64,000 bases of DNA from an uncultured Candidatus Saccharibacteria bacterium (GCA_964490395.1 CAZBAS010000001.1:19815-83814), one strand, 5' to 3'. Numbered from the stretch's first letter, positions 19,001 through 26,945 are shown. Numbers and translations: made by a program. The notes: generated from the sequence alone by a model not told the origin.

Positions 19001-22000
19001 TTCTGCAACAGGTCAAACAAGTGGTATCGGGCTCTCCATAACTGGTGGTGGCGCCAACCTTACTGCTTCCGGTAAACTCATAGACCTGCAAATGGGTGCA
19101 GCCACCGTGGGTGCAGGATTAAATATTCTTAGCTCGGGTGTATATACTGGCGCGGGCTTAGTACAGCTCACTGCTAACTCAGCCACCAGTGGTGTAATCG
19201 ATAGTATTTCTGGAACAGGATTAACTTCTGGATCAGCAGTTAGAGTAACTGGGTCTGGTGCAACCATGACTACTGGTGGTGAACTCATTGACCTTGTCCT
19301 TGGCGCCAATACTGTAGGGGCGGGAATGACCATCACCAGCACGGGTGCATATACAGGTACCGGTGCAGCTGATGGACTAATTAACATAGTCGCCAACTCA
19401 CTTTCGAGCGGATTTGGTTCCCAATATTCCTTCACTGGCATGACCAGTGGTACCGGCATAAAAATAACCGGTGGCGGCGCAAACTTAACTGCTTCTGGTA
19501 AACTGATAGACCTTCAAATGGGCGCAGCTACTGTTGGTGCGGGTTTAAACATTGCCAGTTCTGGTGTATATACGGGCGCTGGCCTCGTACAACTAACTGC
19601 GAACAGTGCAACCTCTGGTGTAATAGATAGAATCTCCGGAACAGGATTAACTTCTGGATCAGCAGTTAGAGTAACTGGGTCTGGCGCAACCATGACCACT
19701 GGCGGAGAATTGATCGATTTAGTGCTTGGTGCCAATACTGTTGGTGCAGGCCTTACGGTTACCAGCACTGGTACGTATACGGGTAGCGGCGCTGCTGATG
19801 GATTAATTAACGTCGTAGCAAACTCGCTCACCACAGGACTCGGTTCACAATACTCATTCACTGGTATGACAACGGGCACCGGAATAAAGATGACTGGCGG
19901 TACCGCAATGACCACCGGTGGGCTAATACAAATCGGAAACGGTACATATAACCATGTCAACGGTGAAACGGGTAGTATTGCTAAAATTCTTGTTACGGAC
20001 GCCACCACAACCGCCGGTGCGGTTACGAGCACCACTAACGGATTAAACATTGCCTCAACCATAGCAGCAACAACCAGCACAAGTGGAACGAAAACAATAA
20101 ATGCTATCAACATAGCCTCCCCTACTCTTACCTCTTGTGCGGGTGGTGCAAGTTGTGTGTGGAATGGTATGCAAATTACCGCTCCGGCAACCACTGCAAG
20201 TTTTACTTCTACCGCGCTTAAGGTGGTGGCGGATTCGCTGACCACCGATACCGGCGTGAGCATTTCTGCTGCCGCATTAACTACGGGCAACGCCTTAAGC
20301 ATTACCGCTGGTGGCGCAACCGCACTAACTAGTGGTGCAGGACTCAAAGTAACCGGACCAAGCGGGGCTGCTGCAATAGCGAACGGCTTAGTACAAATTA
20401 CTGCAGCTGGTGCGTATACAGGCACAGGCGGACTGTTAAATGTAACCTCTGCGGCCTCTACAGCAGGAACACTTGTTAACTTTACCAACAACACAGCCAG
20501 CTTTACCGGTACGGCTGTTAACATCTCGACCAGCGGCATTACAAGCGGCTCAGCAATGCAAATTACAGGAGGAAGCTCTATGGCTGCGGGTGGACAATTA
20601 CTTGGTCTAAGCATTGGCACGGCAGGTGCAGGTACTGCCCTTAATATTGTTGCCAATGGTGGAACATATACCGGAACCGGGCTTCTAGCATTTAATAGTA
20701 ACAGCTTAACATCCGGAACCATGATGTCGGTAGCGGCAAATGGCTCCGGCCAAACCAGCGCAAAATATATCGACATTGCCCAGACAGGCGTTACCACAGG
20801 GTTTACAGGAAACCTAATAAACCTTAGCTCTACCTCTACAACTGGCGCGGCAACGTTTATAAACCTAACAGCAAACTCTTCTACGGTTGGGGTTGGCCAG
20901 GCTATTTCTATGACCGGCCTAACAACCGGCTCTGCCCTAACCATTACCGGACCAAGCTCGACCGGAGTTACGGGGAGCGGCATCTTAAAAGTTACTGCTG
21001 ACGTAGGGTCTGGTGGCACCCAAGGACAATTGGTCAGTTTTTCTCCGGACTACAGCGCGGGCACCGCGAGTACGGGCTACGGTCAAACCATACTCGGAAC
21101 CGACTCAACATCTACGGCAAACTCAGACAACAACCTATATTCCAGCCTAGCTTTAACAGGAAATGCCGCAAAAACAGGATACGCATTTTATGGCACAGTG
21201 ACCTCTAACTCAACCACTGCTGACACAACCTATGGCGCAAACTTTGACACCAGCATAACCGGAGCAATTTCCACTGGAACCCGCAACACCATTGGTGTCA
21301 GAAGCGCCCCCGCCACTTCAGGCGCAAACACAGGTGGAACCACACAACTGTTTGGTGGAAACTTTGCCCCAAGCAGTACTGGTTCTACCACAGGCGCTAC
21401 AGTAAATGTATTCGGCGCCTATGTAAGCAATACCGCCACCCTTACCACTGCCGGAACCATTAACAGTTACGGGCTGTATGTAGACTCTGGAACCACAAGC
21501 ACCACCGGAACCTCTACTGCATATGGCGCCTATATTCTAGCCCCGACAGGCGCAGACACAAACACGGGACTACTCATTAACACTGCAAACGCAGCAAGCA
21601 TTGGTCAAGTAATAAAGGCATCGACAAGCCAGACTGCTGACCTACTCCAATTCCAAAACTCTTCAGGCACTGTGTTAATGTCCCCAGACTTTGCCAACAG
21701 CAGTTCTTTGTGGAACTTCTACAACACAAGCGGTACAAAAATGGCAGTCATGGGATACGATAACGCCAACAATGCAGCCTTCTTCCAGTCCATAGGCATT
21801 GATGGAGTACTCCGTGCCCGCGACGCTATTAATGGAAGAGATTACGCCAAAATTAATCTGAATTACACTTCGGGTTATATATCTCTTAGTACCAACACCG
21901 GTGCGGATGCAGTAGAACGCATGCGCATAGATGCAACTGGTGCGGTTGGTATTGGCGCAAGCATGACCGCACCAAAACAACCCAACGGATTACAAATGGC

Positions 22001-23726
22001 ATACAGCACCACCGCCAATCAAAAATGGGCATTTATTAGTGGTGAAAGCGGCGCGTATTTAAACGGAAACGCCTACTACGACGGCACCTGGAGATATCTC
22101 GACGGCGCCAACGGCGCATCTATGGTTAACGCCAATAGCGTGCTTAATGCGATCCTGTTCTACACAACCGCAACAACCGGCAGCACCGGAGGAGCCATTA
22201 GCAACTGGACAGAAAAAATGCGTATTGAAGGTGGTGGAAACGTGGACATCGGCACCAGCACATCAAAAGGACTTTTGACTGTTGCCCAAACCGACGCCGC
22301 GAACGACGAAGGTATTTACTTAGATACCGAGGAATCAACTACCACGCAAACGGTGTTTGCTATAGAGAGTGACGCAACCTCTGCTGATACAGTGAAATTT
22401 AAAGTTACGGCGGACGGCGAAACGAGCGCACTTCTTAATGGCCAAGGCGGAAACAACTTGTGCCAAAACGGAGTATTCGCTGGTGGTGTTGGAAAAATTG
22501 GTGATTGTACTTCGGACCGCAGATTAAAAACCAATATTGTTGACCTTGATGGTGGGGCGCTAGAAAAAATCATGCAGGTAAAACCTCGTGTATTCGACTG
22601 GATTAACGGCGCCGGACAACACCAGTCAGGGTTTATAGCCCAAGAAGTACAGGCTGTCATACCAGAGCTGTACAGGGGCGAAACTGCCGATGGCTACTTA
22701 CGGTTCTCCAAAGACCTGCTAGTCCCCTATCTCACCAAAGCGCTACAAGAGTTAAACCAGGTTTCCATTAAGACAAATGCCGACGGAACGATAAACCGAG
22801 ACTCGTTCGTGTTTGAAATGCCCGAAAACCAAGCCAATACGGCACAAATTACAGGGACAGGCACACAGGCCGTGGCCAGTACCGGATTTGTCATAAATCA
22901 AAAAGGAAGTGGCAATATTCTTCAACTCCAAAAAGATGGCATGGACAACTTCTTGGTAGCAAACGACGGTACAGTACACATTCACACAGACCTCGCAAGC
23001 GGTACTGTACTTGAAATAACCAATGCAAACACTTCCCTCTTTACTATTAACACCCAAGGCAATGCGGCACTCGCAGGTACATTGGTTGTAAAGAAAGATG
23101 TTGCAGTACTTGGAAGAATCCTCGGATCTACAGCCATAGTAGCCAAAAATACCAGCAACGAGACTATTCACCAAGGCGACCTACTTATGCTTACTGGTGC
23201 AACCGCAGAGCCAATGCTTGGAGACCAGCCAACCCTTACCGTTGCAAAAGCAGTAGCGGGTACCAACACTACCATTGTTGGCATAGCAGACCGCAACCTT
23301 TCTGACTTCAACATAAACCCTGACTCCCCTGTTGCCGATGACCCAACTACCATAAAACCTGGAGAATATGTAAGCATTGTTATTACGGGCACATACAAAA
23401 AAGTCTTTGTGAACGGCAGCGTTTCACTGGGAGACAAGCTAACCGCATCCATAATCCCAGGAAAAGCAGAAAAGCTCACAGCCAACACACCAGGGCAAGT
23501 GTTTGGTATTTCCCTCGACAACACCCCGGACACAACTGGTTCCATACGCGTTATGCTCTTATCCACTTTTCAACAAGTAACCCAAATAGTTCAGCAAGTA
23601 CCAGTTAGCCAAGCCGCCCCACCAGCACCAAACCAGAACAATAACAACACTCCCCCCCCTGATAACGGTGGAACAACAAGCGATCCTGTGACCCCTCCCG
23701 CAGAAACCCCATCACCTACAGAATAG
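13044..23726 (+). CDS. Giant (3560 aa) secreted Thr/Gly/Ser/Ala-rich repetitive surface protein. It has a phage-tail-fibre-like beta-helical repeat region and a peptidase S74 / intramolecular chaperone autoprocessing domain near the C-terminus.
   Basis: Putative GTG start with a classic signal peptide (KRTKLYALLALAGVALNWMPLFAPPAQA). Globular N-terminal domain. Recurring GNVGIGTTTP / SGTVGFGTTAP motifs. Long internal repeats. The segment CTSDRRLKTNIVDL...PRVFDWIN.....GFIAQEVQAVIPELY....YLRFSKDLLVPYLTKALQELNQ matches the S74 chaperone domain consensus. Pro-rich C-terminal tail. Confidence 0.7.
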   Translation: MAKHNLKTILNFRKRTKLYALLALAGVALNWMPLFAPPAQATVPKYINFQGKLTKVSDGTNVTNGSYAFEFKLYDASTSGTLLWTETYDQPSGACTKLAVTSGVFNAKLGSCASLASIDFTGGSIYLSVNFAPTGVSYDGEMSPRKQLVASPFALVANSVSGDGPINTVNSSATALTVAKSGSNYGLQVDTSTASAATGLKITSAAAASGIALSAISSGTNESITLDAKGTGSVSLGATSTGDILLGGGSGSTGCTVTNSTGAFACTAGGSFTTLGLSGAITGATGITSSGTINFSTLSASSAVYTDGSKNLTSTAPTSGAIGYWSRSGTTLQPTTSNDAISITGNSGDIATLTSSATEASNKTLNISQTGATSGTDYGAYISNTGAATNNVGLYTTTSGATNNYAAIFDSGTVGFGTTAPTAGKLHILAANTTQPAIAVQQPSANNNYSILLASTNNFGSNNLDLNYQDGNGIRMISNLNMNISAGSALNLTSGTASTYALPSNTASALRFTDGTNSYHTIDTRTTNSTSSAHTFATTAPTIASSSTSAYLLTTFTPGTQTYTGTTNTTSTGATAPLSVLFNQPTIAGNGTRTITETSNTVINGPTIASSSSGTETITSAYGLNILSGSALNGTGGAVTNGVGLSVNAPTGATNNYAALFNGGNVGIGNTAPTETLDVTGNAKIRGTLKIRSASNTGNLSILDAGGGVATIDNTGNSILAINGGSISTNFVTGNVGIGISNVTTPNAALQIATNGAASTPGVRLDGTWYAAGTSTTNKPQLLVEPTGTTSTTWSGAGTGIGANAASGFTGNLLDLQTNNASKFSVASDGTVITASTIFGGNDIYAGSSSYLAFSSRSKISSPADSNLLLTNAAANAFNLLQFGGTSSSFPALKRSTTILQARLADDSGYTSFDAGNFLLSGTNINTAGTLTNVAYKNAANTFTANNIFQPTVTTGTGATAGVQIAANSLTTGNGLDVSSTSLTTGNLAALSSSSTAGGASGTSTLLNLSRTGVNSNTAHTAYGLYSTVTNTNVTSGTNIAAYLSASGATTANYGLIVAAGNVGIGTTTPKGLLEIDGYAGQTILRDLGAAADEGGWSFTTSATTLTLGSTNDANNAGASLLVAKRGTGTTITSLYSPSTSTNFGLGDSTPASLLTVGNGDLFQVNSSGAIAAATGITSSGTINFSTLSASSAVYTDGSKNLTSTAPTSGAIGYWSRSGTTLQPATSNDVVAISSNAVAAGGVLDITSSGTVTSGNNAIRITANSVTTGVGVSLSTTGVTTGTALNITGPSTTGVTTGLSSGFIKATSDVGSGGTGGVLAYLAPDYSSASAATSYGLEINGTDSTTVSNNNYNLYSNLAMSGDATSKLGVAIYGNVSSSSTLADTTYGGLFGTSVSGAISTGSRNNYGIYAQPNVSSANTGGITNVYGAFLAPASSNSTTGSTVNVYGSYTTNQALLTTGGTINSYGNYIANGSVSTTGTSTQYGLYVESQTGADNNYTAVFAGGNVGIGTTTPTAFLHVGSNGAASNPGLKLSGSWFTGGDSTTTKPQALIEASGATSSGWSTSGTGLGINAPSGFTGRMIDVKLNGTSSFALNEAGGISILGQGVTNIGAAQAYWYQPSGATVSIGNNGDTGASNLLLRAGASGSSGGNITFNINNSNTGIWNSAGFGIGTGTPIDPLSISTAINASATHALFNLSNTALSSGSANGTYIGANPAAFTGNFFDFQVASSSVAKLTSAGALTVSSCTGCGSGATTFDAIGDPAGNGAINMGTTVQTLDWGATTTTDNLSITSSGTGITSGSVLKVTSATTGAVSNGLIQFTASGAYTSTGGLLSVTGNSTATGTLAKFSATGLTTGTGLTIAGGTAMTTGTVLGVSSATYNHANGETGNMASLIFSDATTTAGAVTSTTNGLNIASTIAATTSTSGTKTVNAINIASPTLTSCTGGASCVWNGVQITAPATTASFTSTALKVVANSLTTDTVASISATGQTSGIGLSITGGGANLTASGKLIDLQMGAATVGAGLNILSSGVYTGAGLVQLTANSATSGVIDSISGTGLTSGSAVRVTGSGATMTTGGELIDLVLGANTVGAGMTITSTGAYTGTGAADGLINIVANSLSSGFGSQYSFTGMTSGTGIKITGGGANLTASGKLIDLQMGAATVGAGLNIASSGVYTGAGLVQLTANSATSGVIDRISGTGLTSGSAVRVTGSGATMTTGGELIDLVLGANTVGAGLTVTSTGTYTGSGAADGLINVVANSLTTGLGSQYSFTGMTTGTGIKMTGGTAMTTGGLIQIGNGTYNHVNGETGSIAKILVTDATTTAGAVTSTTNGLNIASTIAATTSTSGTKTINAINIASPTLTSCAGGASCVWNGMQITAPATTASFTSTALKVVADSLTTDTGVSISAAALTTGNALSITAGGATALTSGAGLKVTGPSGAAAIANGLVQITAAGAYTGTGGLLNVTSAASTAGTLVNFTNNTASFTGTAVNISTSGITSGSAMQITGGSSMAAGGQLLGLSIGTAGAGTALNIVANGGTYTGTGLLAFNSNSLTSGTMMSVAANGSGQTSAKYIDIAQTGVTTGFTGNLINLSSTSTTGAATFINLTANSSTVGVGQAISMTGLTTGSALTITGPSSTGVTGSGILKVTADVGSGGTQGQLVSFSPDYSAGTASTGYGQTILGTDSTSTANSDNNLYSSLALTGNAAKTGYAFYGTVTSNSTTADTTYGANFDTSITGAISTGTRNTIGVRSAPATSGANTGGTTQLFGGNFAPSSTGSTTGATVNVFGAYVSNTATLTTAGTINSYGLYVDSGTTSTTGTSTAYGAYILAPTGADTNTGLLINTANAASIGQVIKASTSQTADLLQFQNSSGTVLMSPDFANSSSLWNFYNTSGTKMAVMGYDNANNAAFFQSIGIDGVLRARDAINGRDYAKINLNYTSGYISLSTNTGADAVERMRIDATGAVGIGASMTAPKQPNGLQMAYSTTANQKWAFISGESGAYLNGNAYYDGTWRYLDGANGASMVNANSVLNAILFYTTATTGSTGGAISNWTEKMRIEGGGNVDIGTSTSKGLLTVAQTDAANDEGIYLDTEESTTTQTVFAIESDATSADTVKFKVTADGETSALLNGQGGNNLCQNGVFAGGVGKIGDCTSDRRLKTNIVDLDGGALEKIMQVKPRVFDWINGAGQHQSGFIAQEVQAVIPELYRGETADGYLRFSKDLLVPYLTKALQELNQVSIKTNADGTINRDSFVFEMPENQANTAQITGTGTQAVASTGFVINQKGSGNILQLQKDGMDNFLVANDGTVHIHTDLASGTVLEITNANTSLFTINTQGNAALAGTLVVKKDVAVLGRILGSTAIVAKNTSNETIHQGDLLMLTGATAEPMLGDQPTLTVAKAVAGTNTTIVGIADRNLSDFNINPDSPVADDPTTIKPGEYVSIVITGTYKKVFVNGSVSLGDKLTASIIPGKAEKLTANTPGQVFGISLDNTPDTTGSIRVMLLSTFQQVTQIVQQVPVSQAAPPAPNQNNNNTPPPDNGGTTSDPVTPPAETPSPTE

Positions 23727-23735
23727 AGCACATAT

Positions 23736-23762
23736 AAAAAGCCCTTATTTAAGGGTTTTTTA
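23736..23762 (+). terminator. Rho-independent terminator of the giant gene.
   Basis: aaaaagccctt-attt-aagggtttttt. Confidence 0.65.
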
Positions 23763-24110
23763 TATAACCAATTATGTTGGCCAATTTTAGTACTGACTTC
23801 GGCAGACAACCGCATTAACAGATTTAATTATCAACATACTATTAATTTACAAAATTACCCATAAGTACTCACATCTTTTGTACCTGCAATGTGGTTATTC
23901 ACTAGTAATATCCCCAAATACCACAAGTAATCCACAGGCAATCAACAGTTACGCGCCTTAACCGCTTATATAAGCGGTTTTATTACCTCCTAGCATGTTG
24001 ATAACTACCTTGGTAAGATAAGTAAATCAAAAGCAAATAAGTAAGTATTACGTAATAAATAGAGGTATTTTTACATAATTACTATCCTTAATTACGTAAA
24101 TACTGTTTTT

Positions 24111-25481
24111 ATGAACAATCAACAGATCTGGCAAGCCATCTTAGGACACCTAGAAGTCTCCCTTTCCAAAGCCAATTTTAATACTTGGCTTAAAAATACC
24201 CACATCATTGAGAAAACAGACGACAACATAACCGTTGCCGTACCCTCTACCTACCACCGGGATTGGATTGCTAGCAAATACAATGCCGAAATGCTGAAAG
24301 CACTAAAAGGTATTGCCCCAGAAATAAAGACCATCAAATACCAGGTAGGAACCATTGTAAAACCTTCGCCCGCCCCTATCCAAACACAGCAACAGCAGCA
24401 AAACGATACAACTTCTGCAGCCCCGTCATACCCTGCGCAAGTTACAACCCCGAACGCCCAGTCAAATATCAACCCGAAGTATATTTTCGACACATTCATT
24501 ATTGGTAAAAATAATGAACTCGCTCATGCCGCCAGTCTTGCAGTGGCAAAAAACCCAGGAACACAGTACAATCCGTTGTTTATCTATGGGGGAGTAGGAC
24601 TAGGCAAAACCCACCTTATGCACGCAGTTGCCAACAAGCTCCTCTCCGAGAACCCGCGAGCAAAAGTTCTATACCTAACCAGCGAAAAATTCACTAACGA
24701 CTATATAAACGCCATCTCAACCAAAAAAATGGAAGACTTTAAGCAGCATTACCGCACTGTGGACATGCTACTCATAGATGATATTCAGTTTATTGCTGGA
24801 AAAGAAGGAACTCAGGAAGAATTCTTTCACACATTTAACGAACTCCGCGACAAAGGCAAGCAGATCATAATCACTGCTGATAGGCTTCCTAAAGAAATCC
24901 CGGCCATAGAAGCAAGGCTTGTGAGCCGATTTGAATGGGGAATGGTCGCAGATATTCAAGCCCCAGACTTAGAGACGCGCATGGCCATATTGCGCACAAA
25001 GCTACAGAAAAGGGGGACGAACCTACCAGAAGAAATAGTGTATTACATAGCAGAGAACATACAGAGCAATGTGCGTGAACTAGAAGGCGCGCTCAATAGA
25101 TTGCTGGTTTTCCAAGACATGGAAAACCGTACTGTAAGCCTGGAGCAAGCCCAGAGTATGCTCCAGGGAATGATGAATAATAAGAAAAAAGGCGTTACAG
25201 TAAAGAAAATAGTTTCCCTTGTTGCCGAATTCTACAACGTTACGGGAGAAGACCTTATAAAACAGTCCAGAAGACAAGAATTCGTAAAACCCCGGCAAAT
25301 TGCCATGTTTTTAGCCAGACAAGAACTTTCAAGCTCATTTCCTAGTATTGGTGAATTCTTTGGGGGGAGAGACCACACAACTGTTATGCATGCTGTAGAA
25401 AAAATTCAGAATATGCTCGCAGAGAAAGAGTCGTTCAAGCAAGAGGTAGACTTGATTTTGGATAAACTCTACACGACATAG
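24111..25481 (+). CDS. dnaA: Chromosomal replication initiator protein DnaA.
   Basis: AAA+ Walker A GGVGLGKTHLMHAV, sensor motifs, and C-terminal DNA-binding domain (KPRQIAMFLARQELSSSFPSIGEFFGGRDHTTVMHA). Confidence 0.95.
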   Translation: MNNQQIWQAILGHLEVSLSKANFNTWLKNTHIIEKTDDNITVAVPSTYHRDWIASKYNAEMLKALKGIAPEIKTIKYQVGTIVKPSPAPIQTQQQQQNDTTSAAPSYPAQVTTPNAQSNINPKYIFDTFIIGKNNELAHAASLAVAKNPGTQYNPLFIYGGVGLGKTHLMHAVANKLLSENPRAKVLYLTSEKFTNDYINAISTKKMEDFKQHYRTVDMLLIDDIQFIAGKEGTQEEFFHTFNELRDKGKQIIITADRLPKEIPAIEARLVSRFEWGMVADIQAPDLETRMAILRTKLQKRGTNLPEEIVYYIAENIQSNVRELEGALNRLLVFQDMENRTVSLEQAQSMLQGMMNNKKKGVTVKKIVSLVAEFYNVTGEDLIKQSRRQEFVKPRQIAMFLARQELSSSFPSIGEFFGGRDHTTVMHAVEKIQNMLAEKESFKQEVDLILDKLYTT

Positions 25482-25769
25482 AGACCTGAATAACGAACGA
25501 CGAATTAAGCACGGAAATATCTTGGGGAAAACTGACGTATAAGAACCTCATAGCTAGTTGATAACTTTGACCCAATAGACCAGACCAATACTTTTCCCCA
25601 TTTAGTAATCCACCCTATGCACAAGTTATCCGCTAAAACCGCTGAGCCCAAAATGTATTTTTGCTTAATTCCTAATTCATAATTCGTCATTCCGCATTCG
25701 GGTTACCCACATATCCACCGCCCTTATTACTATTACTAATTTATTTATATATTTATTTAATAATAATCT
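25482..25769. other. Candidate oriC in the dnaA-dnaN intergenic region, with DnaA-box-like 9-mers and an AT-rich unwinding element.
   Basis: taatccacc (25606..25614), ttatccgct (25627..25635) and atatccacc (25711..25719) each differ from TTATCCACA at 2 positions. AT-rich tract tttatttatatatttatttaataataat (25741..25767) directly upstream of dnaN. Confidence 0.4.
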
Positions 25770-26876
25770 ATGAGAATTGTTGTAGTGCAGGAAAATTTGA
25801 AAAATGCACTTGCCGTATGCAGTAGAGCAGTTGCTACGAGTAGTACATTAGCTGTGTTGGGAAATGTTTTGCTTAAAACGCAAAATGGCTTATTAAAAAT
25901 AAGTGCTACAAATCTAGAAATAGGGATTTCTCAGCTAGTGCGCTGTAAAGTTGAAGAAGAGGGCGTGGTTTGCTTACCAGCAAGGCTGCTTGTTGAGGTG
26001 GTAAATAATTTACCTGGTGAGCCTGTAACGCTTGAAACGGTTGAAGAAGGCCTGCGACTTTCAGTAGGGAAGTACCGTACAGTGCTTAAAACTGTCCCTG
26101 CAGAAGACTTTCCGGTTATTGCCGATGCTCTGGGCGACAACGCTCTCTCATTGCCCTCACAGGACTTTTTTCATGCGTTAGAAGGTGTCCTGTTCGCGGT
26201 GTCAACCAACGAAACACAGATTGAATTGTGCGGGGTCTTTATGGGGCATTCGCAGTCAAATGAAATTGTGCTCGCTGGTACCGACAGGTACAGATTGGCT
26301 GAAAGTAAGGTTGTGTTAAAGGTGGGGACAGAAGTTTTCCCCAATTTTAGTATCATTGTTCCAGCAAGGGCGGCGAGCGAAGTTCTTCGTCTTTTACACA
26401 ACGCAACTGGGGAGTTTAAGGTAAGTATTGGCGATAATCAAGCCATATTCTCTGTGGACGAAACAATCATTACTACACGCCTTGTTGATGCGCAGTACCC
26501 AGAATATGAAGCAATTATCCCCAAGGAATTCACAGTCACTATTACCACTTCTCGGACCGATTTAATATCAGCGCTTAAGGCTGTTTCTGTTTTCGCGAAG
26601 GGGGTAAGCGGCATATCTGTTGCGTACGTACCGGGTGGTGGGCTGGTTCTTTCTGCTCGCTCGCAAGATGCGGGAGAGGGGACTGTAGAAGTTGCTGCTG
26701 AGGTAAGCGGCGGAGAAGATACTATTTTGTTTAACCATAAGTATCTGCTCGACATGCTGCAATTTTTGACTTCCCAGAGTGTTCATATTAAGCTGAATAA
26801 CCCAACAACCCCCGTAATACTGCAAAGTCCGGAAGATAAGAACTACATGTATCTAGTAATGCCAATAAAAACATAA
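25770..26876 (+). CDS. dnaN: DNA polymerase III beta sliding clamp.
   Basis: 368 aa, N-terminus MRIVVVQENLKNAL...LKISATNLEIGIS, and dnaA-dnaN-recF synteny. Confidence 0.9.
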   Translation: MRIVVVQENLKNALAVCSRAVATSSTLAVLGNVLLKTQNGLLKISATNLEIGISQLVRCKVEEEGVVCLPARLLVEVVNNLPGEPVTLETVEEGLRLSVGKYRTVLKTVPAEDFPVIADALGDNALSLPSQDFFHALEGVLFAVSTNETQIELCGVFMGHSQSNEIVLAGTDRYRLAESKVVLKVGTEVFPNFSIIVPARAASEVLRLLHNATGEFKVSIGDNQAIFSVDETIITTRLVDAQYPEYEAIIPKEFTVTITTSRTDLISALKAVSVFAKGVSGISVAYVPGGGLVLSARSQDAGEGTVEVAAEVSGGEDTILFNHKYLLDMLQFLTSQSVHIKLNNPTTPVILQSPEDKNYMYLVMPIKT

Positions 26877-26889
26877 TTTAGTCCGAAGT

Positions 26890-26945
26890 ATGAATCAAGA
26901 ATTACGAAGTGTGTGTTCTTGAGTTCATAATTCTTGATTCATTAT
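26890..26945. repeat. AT-rich inverted repeat (atgaatcaagaattacgaa ... ttcataattcttgattcat) in the dnaN-recF intergenic region.
   Basis: ~19-nt arms with 2 mismatches. Same motif family as 2789..2855. Confidence 0.55.

Noticed and set aside
19514-21019. 501-aa ORF on the minus strand, and many other 60-190-aa minus-strand ORFs (13595..13924, 14447..14866, 15011..16105, 16202..16957, 17597..18208, 18607..19459, 22316..23566) inside the giant gene.
   Set aside because: They are antisense to a strongly supported 10.7 kb CDS. Their Pro/Val/Ala-rich translations are the mirror image of the Thr/Gly/Ala codon bias (ACC/GGT/GCA repeats). They have no start context, signal or domains. These are spurious open frames created by repetitive composition.
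3897-23726. Interpretation of the origin-proximal island as a prophage or integrative element, prompted by the tail-fibre-like protein and excisionase-type HTH.
   Set aside because: No integrase, recombinase, terminase, capsid or other phage structural genes, no flanking tRNA, and no direct repeats were found. All other island genes are cell-surface proteins. The fibre-like protein is more likely a domesticated adhesin than part of an intact prophage.
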